Below, in pieces: positions 39,701 through 50,129 of a stretch of DNA of 64,000 nt. This DNA is from an uncultured Alistipes sp. (GTDB taxonomy: Bacteria; Bacteroidota; Bacteroidia; Bacteroidales; Rikenellaceae), in assembly GCA_944320625.1 (NCBI GenBank), contig CALUIG010000002.1, forward strand, positions 3,803-67,802. The letters are read 5' to 3'. The notes under the pieces are model-generated. The model was not told the DNA's origin. It did no database searches and was given only the letters and a program-made list of their open reading frames with translations. The position numbers were made by a program, and so were the translations under genes. Numbering within the stretch: position 1 is the stretch's first letter; each line of letters opens with the position of its first letter.

Positions 39701-42412
39701 CTATTCCGCTTGGGAAGTCAGTTTCTCGATCTGACGCTCCGCCTCGGATTCGAGGTTCGCAGCCTGTTTTTCGGCTTCCTTGACCAGTTTGTCTCCGGCT
39801 GTCTGTGCCGCAATTTTGGCCAGCGCACCCTTCTTCGAAGCCTCTTCAACGAGTTTGTCGCGCTGCGCCTCGGCCGCCTCGATGAGTTTCTGTCCCGCAT
39901 TCCGGGCCTCCGCACGCAGGTTCTCGGCCTGCTTGGCGATCTCCTCCGAAAGCGACTCGCTGCCCGTGAGTTTCTGGATCTGCTCGTTGACCACGTTGGT
40001 CACGGCCTCCTCGACCGCCTCCTTCACCCCTAAGGTGATCTTCGGAGAGGTGAACGTTCCGCCGATATTCACACCCACCGTCTGCAGCACTCCGCCGCCC
40101 GGAATAGCCACCTTGGCCTGGTAGTCGATCGTCTGGTCGAGGCCCGTCGAACCCGAAAGGTTCACCCCGATGTCGCCGATCTTCAGATCAAACGGCTCGG
40201 TCGTAATCCGGCCCTCCTTGATGGCGAAGCGGATCGACACGTCCTTGGCCTCGATCTTGCGCAACTTGTCGTTGCCCAGCGCATCGGCCAGGGCGTCGAA
40301 CGCCGCGATGTTCTGGATGTTGATATTTTGCGAACGGATCTCGCCCGAAGCGGTGAGTGTCTTGAGGTCGGGAGACATCTGTGCGTCGAGCATCGTCGCA
40401 AGGTCCAGCGACAACGAATAGTCGCCACCCGTCTTGGCAAAGATCGGAACCAGCTGCTGCACCATCTCCAACTGTTCGAAAGTCTGTTGGAACGAGGCAT
40501 TGGCGAAATCCGCATCGAGTTTCAAGGCCGGATGTGCGGGATCCGCAGCCGTCGAGTAGCTGCCCGACGCCGAAACCTTGCCGCCGAAGGCTCCCAGCGA
40601 GAGCCCGTTGAGCGACAGCGTACCGTCGGACATGCGCATCTCGCCCTTCATGTCGCTGAAGGTCATCTTGCCGAAGAGCACCTTGTGCAGTTCGGTATTG
40701 AGCGAAAGGTTCAGATTTGTCGGAATGGCAAGCGCCGTTGCCGCATCGGCGGCAGGCTCCTCCCCGGCAGGCTCCTCCGCAGGCTGCGACCCGTCCGGAT
40801 CCGCGTCAGCAGAGGTCGGCAGGGAATCCATGATCTCGTTCAGATCCAGCAGGTCGGACTTCACGTAAAGACGACCCGAGAGTTCCTCTCCGCGCAGCAG
40901 GTAGCCGATATAGCCGCTCAGCTGTCCATTGGCCGACAGGTCGCTCCGACCGACCGTCAGGCCGAACTCCCCGAGGGTCATTGCCGCGGGCGTGATCGTC
41001 GCCGCAGCACGGCGGATATGGACCGGAGGAAGATTTTCGAGCGTCAGGCCCAACTCCTCCAGAACAAACGTCCCCTGGGCCCCGAGTTGTTCGTAACGGT
41101 TCTTCTCGATGTAGGACATCCGTCCCGAAAGTTTCAGATCCGCGGTGATCCGGCCTTCGAGCTCCACCCCCTTCTCCAGCGGATAGACCTCCTTCACGGC
41201 GCCCAGATCGACATGTCCTTCGGCCGTGGCCCGGAACGTGGGATCGCTCGCCAGATTCGTGGCATAGAAGGTTGCCGAAACGCTGTTCCCGGCCATCTTC
41301 AGACCGAATTTCGAGAGATCAACCTCCGTGCGGTCCATACCTCCGCCCGGATTGGCGATCCGAGCCGCCAGGTTGATGTCCGTAACGGCTTTCGGCAGCG
41401 ACGAATACTGGAAGCTGCCGTTCCGCACCTCGCTCTTCAACTCAAAGGCCGGAAGGTCCGAACCCCGCATCTCCCCGCGGGCCCACAGCGACAGGGACAA
41501 CTCCCCTCCCGCCGTCAGATTCTTGAACTCCCGCGTATAGAAGGCCGGAATGAGCGACAGCACATCCTTGAACTGCACGGATTCGCAGCCCGCCTTGAGG
41601 TCCATCGCCACCACGTCATCCTTCATCTCGACCCATCCGTCGAGCCCCACCTGGATGGCATTCAGCAGGAAGGTGTTCTCCGAGAAGGTGAAGCGGCTGT
41701 TCTCCAGATCGGCATCGATCGTCGCCACAAGCTCCGCCTCGGCATCGCTCAACAGCGGAATACCGCCCGAAACGAAGTTCGTACGTTCGGTCTTCAGCCG
41801 CAGGTCCAGATTCGTGTGTGCGGCCGACATGTCCCCCCGCAGCCGCAGCGACAGCGGGTCGGTCGAAAAGCGCATCCGCGTGGAGTCGTCTTCGTAGCGA
41901 ATCACCGCGCCCGAGATCCGGAAATCCCGGACCGAAAGCCGGAACGACGACGGTTCATCCGAGTCATCGGATGTCTCCGCCTCCGGGGTCTCCGCCTCCG
42001 GAGACTCCTCCCCGGAGGGTTTCATCACGTCCCAGTTCACGGCTCCGTCGGCCAGCTTGCGGGCATGCAGCGCCGGATCCGCAAGAATCACCTTCGTCAC
42101 CTCGAAGCCGCTGTCGCCGAAGAGCGACATCAGATTCACGACCACCGAAATGCGCCGCGCCGCAACGATCGTATCGCCCTCGAAGCGCTCCACGCCCACC
42201 AGCGTCAAACCTTTCAGTTCGACCGAAGCGTTCGGGAAATGGCGCAGCAGACTGATGTCGAGTTTTTCGAAATCCAGTCGTGCGGCAAGCATCGCATTGG
42301 CCTCCTTTTTCACAATGTCGGCAATCTTGCCCCGCAAGGCCATCGGCACGATCAGGGCAACGGCCAGAACAACCACTATAACCGTGGTCAGAATCTTTAC
42401 GAACTTTTTCAT
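39701..42412 (-). CDS. AsmA-family protein
   Basis: N-terminal TM anchor, ISLLRHFP, long beta-rich body, GSTGLDQTIDY, coiled-coil C-terminus. Confidence 0.85.
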   Translation of the reverse strand: MKKFVKILTTVIVVVLAVALIVPMALRGKIADIVKKEANAMLAARLDFEKLDISLLRHFPNASVELKGLTLVGVERFEGDTIVAARRISVVVNLMSLFGDSGFEVTKVILADPALHARKLADGAVNWDVMKPSGEESPEAETPEAETSDDSDEPSSFRLSVRDFRISGAVIRYEDDSTRMRFSTDPLSLRLRGDMSAAHTNLDLRLKTERTNFVSGGIPLLSDAEAELVATIDADLENSRFTFSENTFLLNAIQVGLDGWVEMKDDVVAMDLKAGCESVQFKDVLSLIPAFYTREFKNLTAGGELSLSLWARGEMRGSDLPAFELKSEVRNGSFQYSSLPKAVTDINLAARIANPGGGMDRTEVDLSKFGLKMAGNSVSATFYATNLASDPTFRATAEGHVDLGAVKEVYPLEKGVELEGRITADLKLSGRMSYIEKNRYEQLGAQGTFVLEELGLTLENLPPVHIRRAAATITPAAMTLGEFGLTVGRSDLSANGQLSGYIGYLLRGEELSGRLYVKSDLLDLNEIMDSLPTSADADPDGSQPAEEPAGEEPAADAATALAIPTNLNLSLNTELHKVLFGKMTFSDMKGEMRMSDGTLSLNGLSLGAFGGKVSASGSYSTAADPAHPALKLDADFANASFQQTFEQLEMVQQLVPIFAKTGGDYSLSLDLATMLDAQMSPDLKTLTASGEIRSQNINIQNIAAFDALADALGNDKLRKIEAKDVSIRFAIKEGRITTEPFDLKIGDIGVNLSGSTGLDQTIDYQAKVAIPGGGVLQTVGVNIGGTFTSPKITLGVKEAVEEAVTNVVNEQIQKLTGSESLSEEIAKQAENLRAEARNAGQKLIEAAEAQRDKLVEEASKKGALAKIAAQTAGDKLVKEAEKQAANLESEAERQIEKLTSQAE

Positions 42413-42423
42413 TCCGCATCCAA

Positions 42424-42852
42424 TTATTTACAGACGAAAACCGTGGTTTCCGCTTCGTTGAATCCGCATTTCCGGTAGAGTGCCCGGGCCGCCGCACGGG
42501 AGGGATTCGACGTGAGCAGCAGCCGCTCCGCCCCGACCTCCGCGGCATGACGCTGCGCGGCCTGCACCAACGCCCGTCCCACGCCCTGTCCCCGGGCCGC
42601 AGCATCGACCACCACATCCTCGATCCACGCCTTGCGACCCGACGGCACGTCGTACCACACCAGCGTCAGGACCCCCACGATCCGCTCCCCGATCCGTGCG
42701 GCGAAGAGCGCCGTCGTGGGATGGGCCAGCATCGCCTGCAGACGCGCCTCCGCCGGAGCCCCGAGCCGCGGCGACAACTGCGGCAGCAATGCGTCCAACG
42801 ACGCACGCAACGGAGCGGTAATTGCCGCAATCCGATATACCGAAAGGTCCAT
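42424..42852 (-). CDS. GNAT acetyltransferase
   Basis: KAWIEDVVVDAAARGQGVG, LTSNPSRAAARALYRKCGF; TATCTTTG at 42871-42878. Confidence 0.9.
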   Translation of the reverse strand: MDLSVYRIAAITAPLRASLDALLPQLSPRLGAPAEARLQAMLAHPTTALFAARIGERIVGVLTLVWYDVPSGRKAWIEDVVVDAAARGQGVGRALVQAAQRHAAEVGAERLLLTSNPSRAAARALYRKCGFNEAETTVFVCK

Positions 42853-42937
42853 TTGCCGGTCAATTTTTCACAAAGATAACCTTTTTTGCGCGAAACCTTA
42901 TGGCGTTCCGCGGAAAAAAGCGTACTTTTGTCGCGCC

Positions 42938-43108
42938 GCGGTTCCGAAAACACCCCGAAAACGGGTGTCGGGATTAAAAGGGAATGCCGTGAAAATCGGC
43001 AACAGTTCCCGCTGCTGTGAGTTGCAGACCGCGTTCCGGTACTCTTGGCCACTGTCCCCTTCCGGGACGGGAAGGCGCCGGAACGGCAACAAGTCAGAAG
43101 ACCTGCCC
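42938..43108 (+). ncRNA. Cobalamin riboswitch
   Basis: GGTT..AAAAGGGAATGCCGTGAAAATCGGCAACAGTTCCCGCTGCTGTGA..GCCACTG..GGGAAGGC..AAGTCAGAAGACCTGCC B12 box; TACTTTTG promoter element at 42923-42930. Boundaries approximate. Confidence 0.93.
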
Positions 43109-43224
43109 CGGCATTTCACTCTGGAAACCCTGCGGTGAATGGGGTCCGAAGCGAATCCGAATGCCTTTCGCAGATCTCCGCCCACCCGGTTCCCGGAGCA
43201 ACATCCGAAAACGGAAACGACGCG

Positions 43225-44262
43225 ATGAACCGCTGGACAAGCAAACTGCTCTGGGGCCTTGTGCTCCTCGCGGGGGCCTGCATGGAATATGGTCCCCAGC
43301 CCGAAGAGGCCTTCGACCGCTCCGGGCGCGGCGTCTTCATCACCTGCGAGGGAAACTTCATGTGGGACAACGCCTCGCTCTCCTACTACGATCCCCGGAC
43401 CCGGGAGGTCGAAAACAACGTATTCCTCCGCGCAAACGGCATGAAACTCGGGGACGTGGCTCAGTCGATGGCTCTCCACGACGGAAAGGGATATGTCGTG
43501 GTCAACAACTCGGGGGTGATCTACGTCATCGACCCCGCGACGTTCCGCATCACCGGGCTCATCGAGGAGGTCGTCTCGCCCCGCTACATCCACTTCGTCG
43601 ACGAGCAGACCGCCTATGTCACCGACCTCTACGATCCGCGCATCGCCGTGGTAGACACCCGGACCAACCGCATCCGCTCGCGCATCGACATGAACGGACA
43701 CCGCTCCACCGAACGGATGGTGCAGGTCGGCAGCCGGCTCTTCGTCAACTGCTGGTCCTACGACAACAAGATCCTCGTGGTCGACACCGAAACCGAACAG
43801 CTGGTCGACTCCCTCACCGTGGGCTGGCAGCCCAACTCGCTGGTGCTCGACGGAAACGGGAAACTCTGGACCGCGACGGAAGGCCGCGACGGCGAAGCCC
43901 CGGCCCTGTGGCGCATCGACCCCGCGACGCTCGAAATCGAACGGCGCTTCGATCTCCCGAGCGCGAATCCCCCCTCGAAACTGGCCCTCGACGCCCGGAA
44001 CAACCGGCTCTACTTCATTGCCCGGGACGTCTGGCGGATGGAGGCCGATGCGGAGTCTCTCCCCGCAGTGCCCTTTCTCCCCTACACCGGAACCCTCTAT
44101 TACGGGCTGGGCATCGATCCCGACACCGGAGAGGTCTACGTCGCCGACGCCATCGACTACGTGCAGCACGCCGTCGTCTACCGCTTCACCCCCGAGGGCG
44201 GGGCCGTCGACACGCTCCGCGTGGGAATCACCCCCGGATCCTTCTGTTTCAAACAACGATAA
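43225..44262 (+). CDS. btuG: BtuG-like (YncE/DUF5074) beta-propeller lipoprotein, B12 capture
   Basis: Lipobox LLAGAC; EGNFMWDNASLSYYD, LGDVAQSM, VVNNSG, SPRYIHF, VADAIDYVQ; first gene behind a B12 riboswitch. Confidence 0.8.
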   Translation: MNRWTSKLLWGLVLLAGACMEYGPQPEEAFDRSGRGVFITCEGNFMWDNASLSYYDPRTREVENNVFLRANGMKLGDVAQSMALHDGKGYVVVNNSGVIYVIDPATFRITGLIEEVVSPRYIHFVDEQTAYVTDLYDPRIAVVDTRTNRIRSRIDMNGHRSTERMVQVGSRLFVNCWSYDNKILVVDTETEQLVDSLTVGWQPNSLVLDGNGKLWTATEGRDGEAPALWRIDPATLEIERRFDLPSANPPSKLALDARNNRLYFIARDVWRMEADAESLPAVPFLPYTGTLYYGLGIDPDTGEVYVADAIDYVQHAVVYRFTPEGGAVDTLRVGITPGSFCFKQR

Positions 44263-44274
44263 ATCAACCGCAAG

Positions 44275-45189
44275 ATGAAAAAATACGCCTTTCTGCTGCT
44301 GTTGGCCACGGCCTGCAATTCGAGCGAGACGATCACCACCTCACGCATCGAAGAGCCCGCATCGAAGGTCCTCGAATACACCCCCGCTCCCGGGCAGTTC
44401 ATCAACAACCCGATGGCCGGATTCTCCGCAGACGCACCGGTCACCACCCCCGAAGCGGCTGTCGCCTATGCCCGGGCGCGACTCGCCCTGGGCGGTGAAC
44501 CCGACTCCGCGGCCGAAACCGTCGCCTACGGATTCGTCTCACTCGGCGGATGGGGCGGCTATATCGTCCTGGGATTCGACCAGCCGGTGCCCAACACGGG
44601 CGACTACGACCTCTACGTCACCGGGAACTCCTTCGACGGATCCTCCGAACCGGGGATCGTCTGGGTGGCACAGGATGCGAACGGTGACGGATCGCATGTC
44701 GGCGAAACCTGGTACGAACTCAAGGGCAGCGAATACGCCAATCCCGCCACCCGCTTCGGCTACGAAGCCACCTATACCGCCCTCGACGACGGAACCGCCT
44801 CCTGGGTCGACAACCTCGGAGGCAGCGGATCGATCGACCGCACCATCCACAACCAGAGCTACATCCCGGCCTGGGTCCAGCCGTTGACCTACTCCGGAAC
44901 GCGGCTTCCCGACAACGTCTCGGTCAATCCGGAGAACGGCGTGTACGTCATGTCGGCCTTCGCCTGGGGCTATGCCGACAACGCCTCGGCCATCGACCGG
45001 GCAGGGATGAAAAACCGGTTCAAGATCGCCAATGCCGTCGATGCCGAGGGCAACCCCGCCAACCTGCCGCAGATCGACTTCATCAAGATCCAGACCGGCG
45101 TGAACTGCAAGGCCGGCGGCAACGTGGGCGAGATCTCCACCGAGGTGTGCGCCACAGGCTGCTACCGCACCGTCACACGTACCGAATAG
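44275..45189 (+). CDS. Cell-surface lipoprotein of B12 loci (BtuH-like domain)
   Basis: Lipobox LATAC; YTPAPGQFIN, SLGGWGGYIVLGFD, SSEPGIVWV, WYELKGSEY, GEISTEV. Confidence 0.7.
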   Translation: MKKYAFLLLLATACNSSETITTSRIEEPASKVLEYTPAPGQFINNPMAGFSADAPVTTPEAAVAYARARLALGGEPDSAAETVAYGFVSLGGWGGYIVLGFDQPVPNTGDYDLYVTGNSFDGSSEPGIVWVAQDANGDGSHVGETWYELKGSEYANPATRFGYEATYTALDDGTASWVDNLGGSGSIDRTIHNQSYIPAWVQPLTYSGTRLPDNVSVNPENGVYVMSAFAWGYADNASAIDRAGMKNRFKIANAVDAEGNPANLPQIDFIKIQTGVNCKAGGNVGEISTEVCATGCYRTVTRTE

Positions 45190-45202
45190 ATCCCGACAGT
45201 CC

Positions 45203-47257
45203 GTGTTCCGATCTGCCGCCATCCTGCTTGCGCTGCTCTGCACCGGGCCCGTCCTTGCGCAGCACGACTCCACGGCCCGCACGGTGGCCATCGAGCAGGT
45301 CGAGATCGCCGGCGTGCGGCCGATGAAGGAGATCGGCGTACAGCGCACCGTACTCGACAGTGCCATCCTGCGCGAAAACATCTCCTCGTCGCTGGCCGAC
45401 GCCCTGAGCAGCGGATCGACCCTCTTCATCAAGTCGTACGGACGGGCCACACTCGCCACAGCCTCGTTCCGCGGCACGGCACCCTCCCACACCCAGGTCA
45501 CCTGGAACGGCATGAAGATGAACTCCCCGATGCTCGGACAGGTCGACTTTTCGCTCATCCCCTCCTACTTCGTCGACGACGCCTCGATCTACCACGGAGC
45601 CAGTTCCGTGGGAATCACCGGCGGCGGGCTGGGCGGGGCCATCACCCTGGGCACGAAGGAACCCGACGCCCAAGGCTTCTCGATGCGCTACGTGCAGGGA
45701 GTCGGATCGTTCACCACCTTCGACGAGTTCCTGCGGCTCAGTTACCGCGGCGAGCGCTGGAGCTCCTCGACGCGTGTGCTGGTCAGCACCTCGGAGAATG
45801 ATTTCCGCTACCGCAATTACGATTCGAAGCAGTTCGTCATCGGAGCCGACGGGCAGATCTCCGGCGACTACTACCCCCTGCAGCGCAACCGCAACGGCGC
45901 ATTCCGCGACCTGCATCTCCTGCAGGAGCTCTACTACACCTCACGCCAGGGCGACCGTTTTTCGCTCGCGGCCTGGTACCTCGACACCGACCGCGGACTG
46001 GCCATGCTCTCCTCGGACCGCAACACCACGCGCGAAAAACGCAACTCCCAGACCGAACGGACCCTGCGGGCCGTTGTCTCCTGGGACCGGCTCTTCGGCG
46101 GACTGAAAGCCGGCGTACGGGCCGGGTACACCTACGACGACCTGCGCTATCTGATGGAGTCCGATCCCGACGGACTGGGCAACTTCACCCCCATCACCGA
46201 TGCACGCAGCCGGATCCACACCTTTTTTGCCCGGGCCGAAGCCGAATATGCCCCGAACGAAAGGTGGATGTTCGCAGCCAACGTCTCGGCCCATCAGCAC
46301 CGGGTCCACAGCGGCGATCTCTCGCTCATCGACGCCACGTCGGGACGCCGCGCCGACACGCTCTACCGCCAGCAGCGGTTCGAACTCTCGGCATTCGCCT
46401 CGGCCAAATGGCGCCCCGTCCCGCGCCTGGGCATCGCCGCCGACCTCCGCTGGGAGCTCTACGGCAACCGCACCACGCCCCTCATCCCGGCACTGTTCGT
46501 CGACTGGCTGCTCGCCCGTCGCGGGAATGTCGTCCTGAAGGCCTCCGCAGCCCGCAACTACCGCTATCCGACGCTCAACGACCTCTATTTCCAGCCGGGA
46601 GGCAATCCCGATCTCGATCCCGAACGCGGCTGGACATGGGATACCGGCATCGAATCGTCGCTCAAAAACAGCCGCAGCTCACTGCGACTCTCGGCAACGG
46701 CCTTCGATTCGCGCATCGATGACTGGATCCTCTGGATCGCAACCGCCAAGCAGGGCGTCTACACCCCGATCAATATCCGCCGCGTGCACAGCTACGGTCT
46801 CGAAGGAAAACTCGCCGCCTCGACCGTCACCTCCGGCGGCTGGCGTCTCCTATTCGACGGAAACCTCGCCTGGACCCGTTCGATCAACCGCGGAGACAAG
46901 TTCTCCGAGGCCGACGAGTCGGTCGGCAAGCAGCTGGTCTACATTCCGGTCTGGTCGGCAGCCTGCACGGCCCGCGTGATGTGGCGTCGGTGGGAACTGA
47001 GCTACAAGTGGCAGTGGTACAGCGAACGCTTCACCATGTCGGACAACAACCTCGGTGTGCTGGGGCGCGTCGCCCCCTATCTGATGAACGACATCGCCCT
47101 GGAAAAGAGCCTCGAATTCCGGCATCTCGACCTCTCGATCAAGGGCTGCATCTACAACCTCTTCAACGAGGAGTACCAGTCGGTGCTCGGACGCCCCATG
47201 CCGCGGTTGAATGCCGCCGTGTTCATCGGGATTACGCCGAAGTTCGGAAAGCGATGA
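45203..47257 (+). CDS. btuB: TonB-dependent receptor, BtuB-like
   Basis: FIKSYGRATLATASFRGT..HTQVTWNG plug; PTLNDLYFQPGGNPDL; follows btuG behind a B12 riboswitch. GTG start approximate. Confidence 0.8.
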   Translation: MFRSAAILLALLCTGPVLAQHDSTARTVAIEQVEIAGVRPMKEIGVQRTVLDSAILRENISSSLADALSSGSTLFIKSYGRATLATASFRGTAPSHTQVTWNGMKMNSPMLGQVDFSLIPSYFVDDASIYHGASSVGITGGGLGGAITLGTKEPDAQGFSMRYVQGVGSFTTFDEFLRLSYRGERWSSSTRVLVSTSENDFRYRNYDSKQFVIGADGQISGDYYPLQRNRNGAFRDLHLLQELYYTSRQGDRFSLAAWYLDTDRGLAMLSSDRNTTREKRNSQTERTLRAVVSWDRLFGGLKAGVRAGYTYDDLRYLMESDPDGLGNFTPITDARSRIHTFFARAEAEYAPNERWMFAANVSAHQHRVHSGDLSLIDATSGRRADTLYRQQRFELSAFASAKWRPVPRLGIAADLRWELYGNRTTPLIPALFVDWLLARRGNVVLKASAARNYRYPTLNDLYFQPGGNPDLDPERGWTWDTGIESSLKNSRSSLRLSATAFDSRIDDWILWIATAKQGVYTPINIRRVHSYGLEGKLAASTVTSGGWRLLFDGNLAWTRSINRGDKFSEADESVGKQLVYIPVWSAACTARVMWRRWELSYKWQWYSERFTMSDNNLGVLGRVAPYLMNDIALEKSLEFRHLDLSIKGCIYNLFNEEYQSVLGRPMPRLNAAVFIGITPKFGKR

Positions 47258-47340
47258 ACGGATCGGGGAATTCCGCCTGTTCGGAACACAAGAAACGGAA
47301 TGTTCCCCGAAACCGAAGAACGGTCTCCAACGTATTTCCG

Positions 47341-47378
47341 GAAAATCCACGAAAAATCCACGAAAAATTCACGAAAAA
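47341..47378. repeat. 11-bp imperfect tandem repeat (about 3.5 copies)
   Basis: GAAAATCCAC GAAAAATCCAC GAAAAATTCAC GAAAAA, just before the ATG at 47382. Confidence 0.8.
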
Positions 47379-47381
47379 GCC

Positions 47382-48077
47382 ATGAATATCCTCGAAAAGC
47401 TCCCCGAAAAGCTCCTCGGCATGGCCGACCCGGCCTACCGCGACTTCAATGCCCGGATCATTCCCGGCGCTGGCGAAATGCTCGGCATCCGCATTCCCCG
47501 GCTGCGCGAAATCGCCCGGGAGATCGCCCGCGACGACCACTGGCGGGAATTTGTCTCCCGCGACGACTGCCGGTATTTCGAGGAGCGGATGTTGCAGGGG
47601 ATGGTCATCGGCGCAGCCCGCTGTCCGATCGACGAAAAACTTGCACTCGTCGCCCGGTTCATCCCCCGGATCGACAACTGGGCCCTGTGCGACTGCTTCT
47701 GCTGGAGACTCCGCACCGCGGAACGCGACCCGATGTGGCGGTTCATCCAGCCCTATTTCCGTGCCGAAGCCGAGTACGGCGTCCGCTTCGCCGTGGTCAT
47801 GGCGACCGCGAATTTCATCGACGAAGAGCATCTCGAAGCCCTGCTCCGCCACTTCGAAGCATTCCGACACGAGGCCTACTACGCCCGTATGGGTGTCGCC
47901 TGGGCCGTCTCGGTCTGCTTCGTGAAGTTCCCCGGGCGGATGCGCCGCTGGCTCGAAGAGGCCTGTCCGCTCGACGACTGGACCTTCAACAAGTCCATTC
48001 AGAAGATCGTCGAATCGTTGCGCGTAACCGATGCCGACAAGGCCTTCGTCCGCACACTGCGCCGGGGTGCAAAATAA
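47382..48077 (+). CDS. DNA alkylation repair protein (AlkD-like)
   Basis: LGIRIPRLREIA, YFEERMLQG, IDNWALCD, YYARMGVAW, NKSIQKIVES. Confidence 0.88.
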   Translation: MNILEKLPEKLLGMADPAYRDFNARIIPGAGEMLGIRIPRLREIAREIARDDHWREFVSRDDCRYFEERMLQGMVIGAARCPIDEKLALVARFIPRIDNWALCDCFCWRLRTAERDPMWRFIQPYFRAEAEYGVRFAVVMATANFIDEEHLEALLRHFEAFRHEAYYARMGVAWAVSVCFVKFPGRMRRWLEEACPLDDWTFNKSIQKIVESLRVTDADKAFVRTLRRGAK

Positions 48078-48149
48078 AACCGACAAAAAGCGGATTTCGG
48101 AAAATAATCGTATATTTGTTCCTCCAAAACCATTTACGGCTGATTCGTC

Positions 48150-48872
48150 ATGCGCAAACTCGTCATCATCCCGACCTATAACGAAAAGGAGAACATCTCG
48201 AAGATGATCTCAAAGGTCTTCTCCCTGCCCGAACCGTTTGAAATGCTCGTCATCGACGACGGCTCGCCCGACGGTACGGCCGCCATCGTCAAGGAGCGAC
48301 AGAAGGAGTTCCCCGGGAAGCTCCACCTGCTCGAACGATCCGGAAAACAGGGACTCGGAACCGCCTATCTGGCCGGATTCCGATGGGGGCTCGAAAACGG
48401 GTTCGACTACATCTGCGAAATGGACTGCGACTTCTCGCACAACCCCGACGATCTGGTCCGCCTCTACCGGGCCGCCGTCGAAGGCGACTGCGACGTGGTC
48501 GTCGGATCCCGCTACGTTAGGGGCGTGAATGTCGTCAACTGGCCCATGTCGCGCCTGCTGATGTCCTACTTCGCATCGGCCTACGTGCGAACGGTCACCC
48601 GCATGCCGCTGCGCGATGCCACGGCCGGATTCGTCTGCTACTCCCGCCGCGCCCTGGAGACCATCGACCTCGACGCCATCCGCATGAAGGGATACGGATT
48701 CCAGATCGAAATGAAATACACCGCCTGGAAGCTCGGACTCAAGCTCCATGAGGTATCGATCATCTTCGTCGAGCGCTGCGAGGGCGTCTCGAAGATGTCC
48801 GGGGGCATCTTCCGCGAGGCCTTTTTCGGGGTCCTGGGGCTTCCGTTCCGCAAAATCCGAAAACGCCGGTAG
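48150..48872 (+). CDS. Polyprenol monophosphomannose synthase-like GT2
   Basis: IIPTYNEKEN, IDDGSPDGT, GLGTAY, EMDCDFSHNP, GYGFQIEM; TATATTTG at 48111-48118. Confidence 0.92.
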   Translation: MRKLVIIPTYNEKENISKMISKVFSLPEPFEMLVIDDGSPDGTAAIVKERQKEFPGKLHLLERSGKQGLGTAYLAGFRWGLENGFDYICEMDCDFSHNPDDLVRLYRAAVEGDCDVVVGSRYVRGVNVVNWPMSRLLMSYFASAYVRTVTRMPLRDATAGFVCYSRRALETIDLDAIRMKGYGFQIEMKYTAWKLGLKLHEVSIIFVERCEGVSKMSGGIFREAFFGVLGLPFRKIRKRR

Positions 48873-50027
48873 ATGTCCATGACTCAGGTATCTCCGAAGC
48901 CCGGACCGACCGACCGGCATTCCGTGTGGCAACGCATCGGCGCCTTCTTTCTCAATCCCCGCAACCTCTATCTCCTGGGCATGCTGCTCGTCCTGCTCCT
49001 CTCCTTTTCGGAGGTGGCGCGAGGTCGGCACAAGAACTTCATGATCTTCGCCGAGTCGACGAAACTCTTCTGGCAGCACATCGCACCCTACGGTGAAAAC
49101 TGGACCCAGGCCGTACCCCACCTGGACTACTTCCTCTACGGGCCCCTGTTCAACATCCTCTTCGCACCGTTCGCCTACCTGCCTGCATGGCTCGGGCCCT
49201 TCGTCTGGAACCTCTTCAACTTCTCGATGTGGTTCGCGGCGATCTTCACCCTCCCCGGGCGCTTCACCCGCGAGGAGAAGTGCAAGTCGTTCCTCTACAC
49301 CTTCCTGATCCTCGCCTGCACGCAGCTCTCGTTCCAGTACAACGTCGCCGTAGGATACATGTTCCTCTTCGCCTACTCGCTGCTCGAACGCGACAAGGGC
49401 TTCTGGGCCGTGCTGCTCATCCTGGTCTCGGGATTCACCAAGGTCTACGGCATCTTCCAGCTGGGATTGCTGCTCTGCTACCCCCACTTCTGGCGCAATG
49501 TCGGGTATGCCGTGCTGATCGGCGCCCTGTTCCTTGTCGCCCCGGCCGTCAACATGCCCTTCGCCGAACTCCCCGGCTACTACGGAGAGTGGATCGGTGC
49601 CCTCACCGAACACAAGGACACCCGCACCTGGATGAACATCTTCTATCTGCGACCTCTCGGGCTGCTGCCCTTCCGGATGTGGGTTCAGATCGGCGTCCTC
49701 GCGCTGCTGGCCGCCGGTCTCATAGCCAACCGCCGCAAATGGGGACAACCCTTCTTCCGACTGACCGCCCTGGCCGTACTGATGGGATACGTCATCCTCT
49801 TCAGCAACTCCAGCGAGGGACACACCTACGTCATCACGCTCATCGCCTACCAGTTCTGGTACTGGAGCATGAAGCGCGGCGGATCACTGAACCCCGTCGA
49901 CCGGATCGTCTACTGGGCCACGTTCGTCGTGGTGGTGGTCATGCCCGTCGACGTACTCTGTCCGCCGGGCGTCATGCAACTCTTCTACGGCTGGCAGCTC
50001 AACCTCTGGCTGCTGCTCTACCTCTGA
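48873..50027 (+). CDS. DUF2029/GT87-like membrane glycosyltransferase (possibly truncated by a premature TGA)
   Basis: Multi-TM protein; NFMIF, DYFLYGPLF, FQYN, TKVYG; the frame continues for 24 codons to TAA at 50102. Confidence 0.75.
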   Translation: MSMTQVSPKPGPTDRHSVWQRIGAFFLNPRNLYLLGMLLVLLLSFSEVARGRHKNFMIFAESTKLFWQHIAPYGENWTQAVPHLDYFLYGPLFNILFAPFAYLPAWLGPFVWNLFNFSMWFAAIFTLPGRFTREEKCKSFLYTFLILACTQLSFQYNVAVGYMFLFAYSLLERDKGFWAVLLILVSGFTKVYGIFQLGLLLCYPHFWRNVGYAVLIGALFLVAPAVNMPFAELPGYYGEWIGALTEHKDTRTWMNIFYLRPLGLLPFRMWVQIGVLALLAAGLIANRRKWGQPFFRLTALAVLMGYVILFSNSSEGHTYVITLIAYQFWYWSMKRGGSLNPVDRIVYWATFVVVVVMPVDVLCPPGVMQLFYGWQLNLWLLLYL

Positions 50028-50129
50028 CTGCGGATCTGCTGGACGGCCTTTCTCCGCACACCGCCGACACTTGCGGAGGAGAAGCGACTCGCCGGCGTAT
50101 AAGATCACGGGGATTCCCGGATACAAGCC

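Noticed and set aside
41973-42002. 15-bp tandem repeat in the AsmA gene (PEAET twice)
   Set aside because: In-frame low-complexity linker, an ordinary feature.
47341-47378. Short repeats as a possible CRISPR remnant
   Set aside because: The units are 11 bp with no spacers and there are no cas genes. The same applies to the 22503 repeat.
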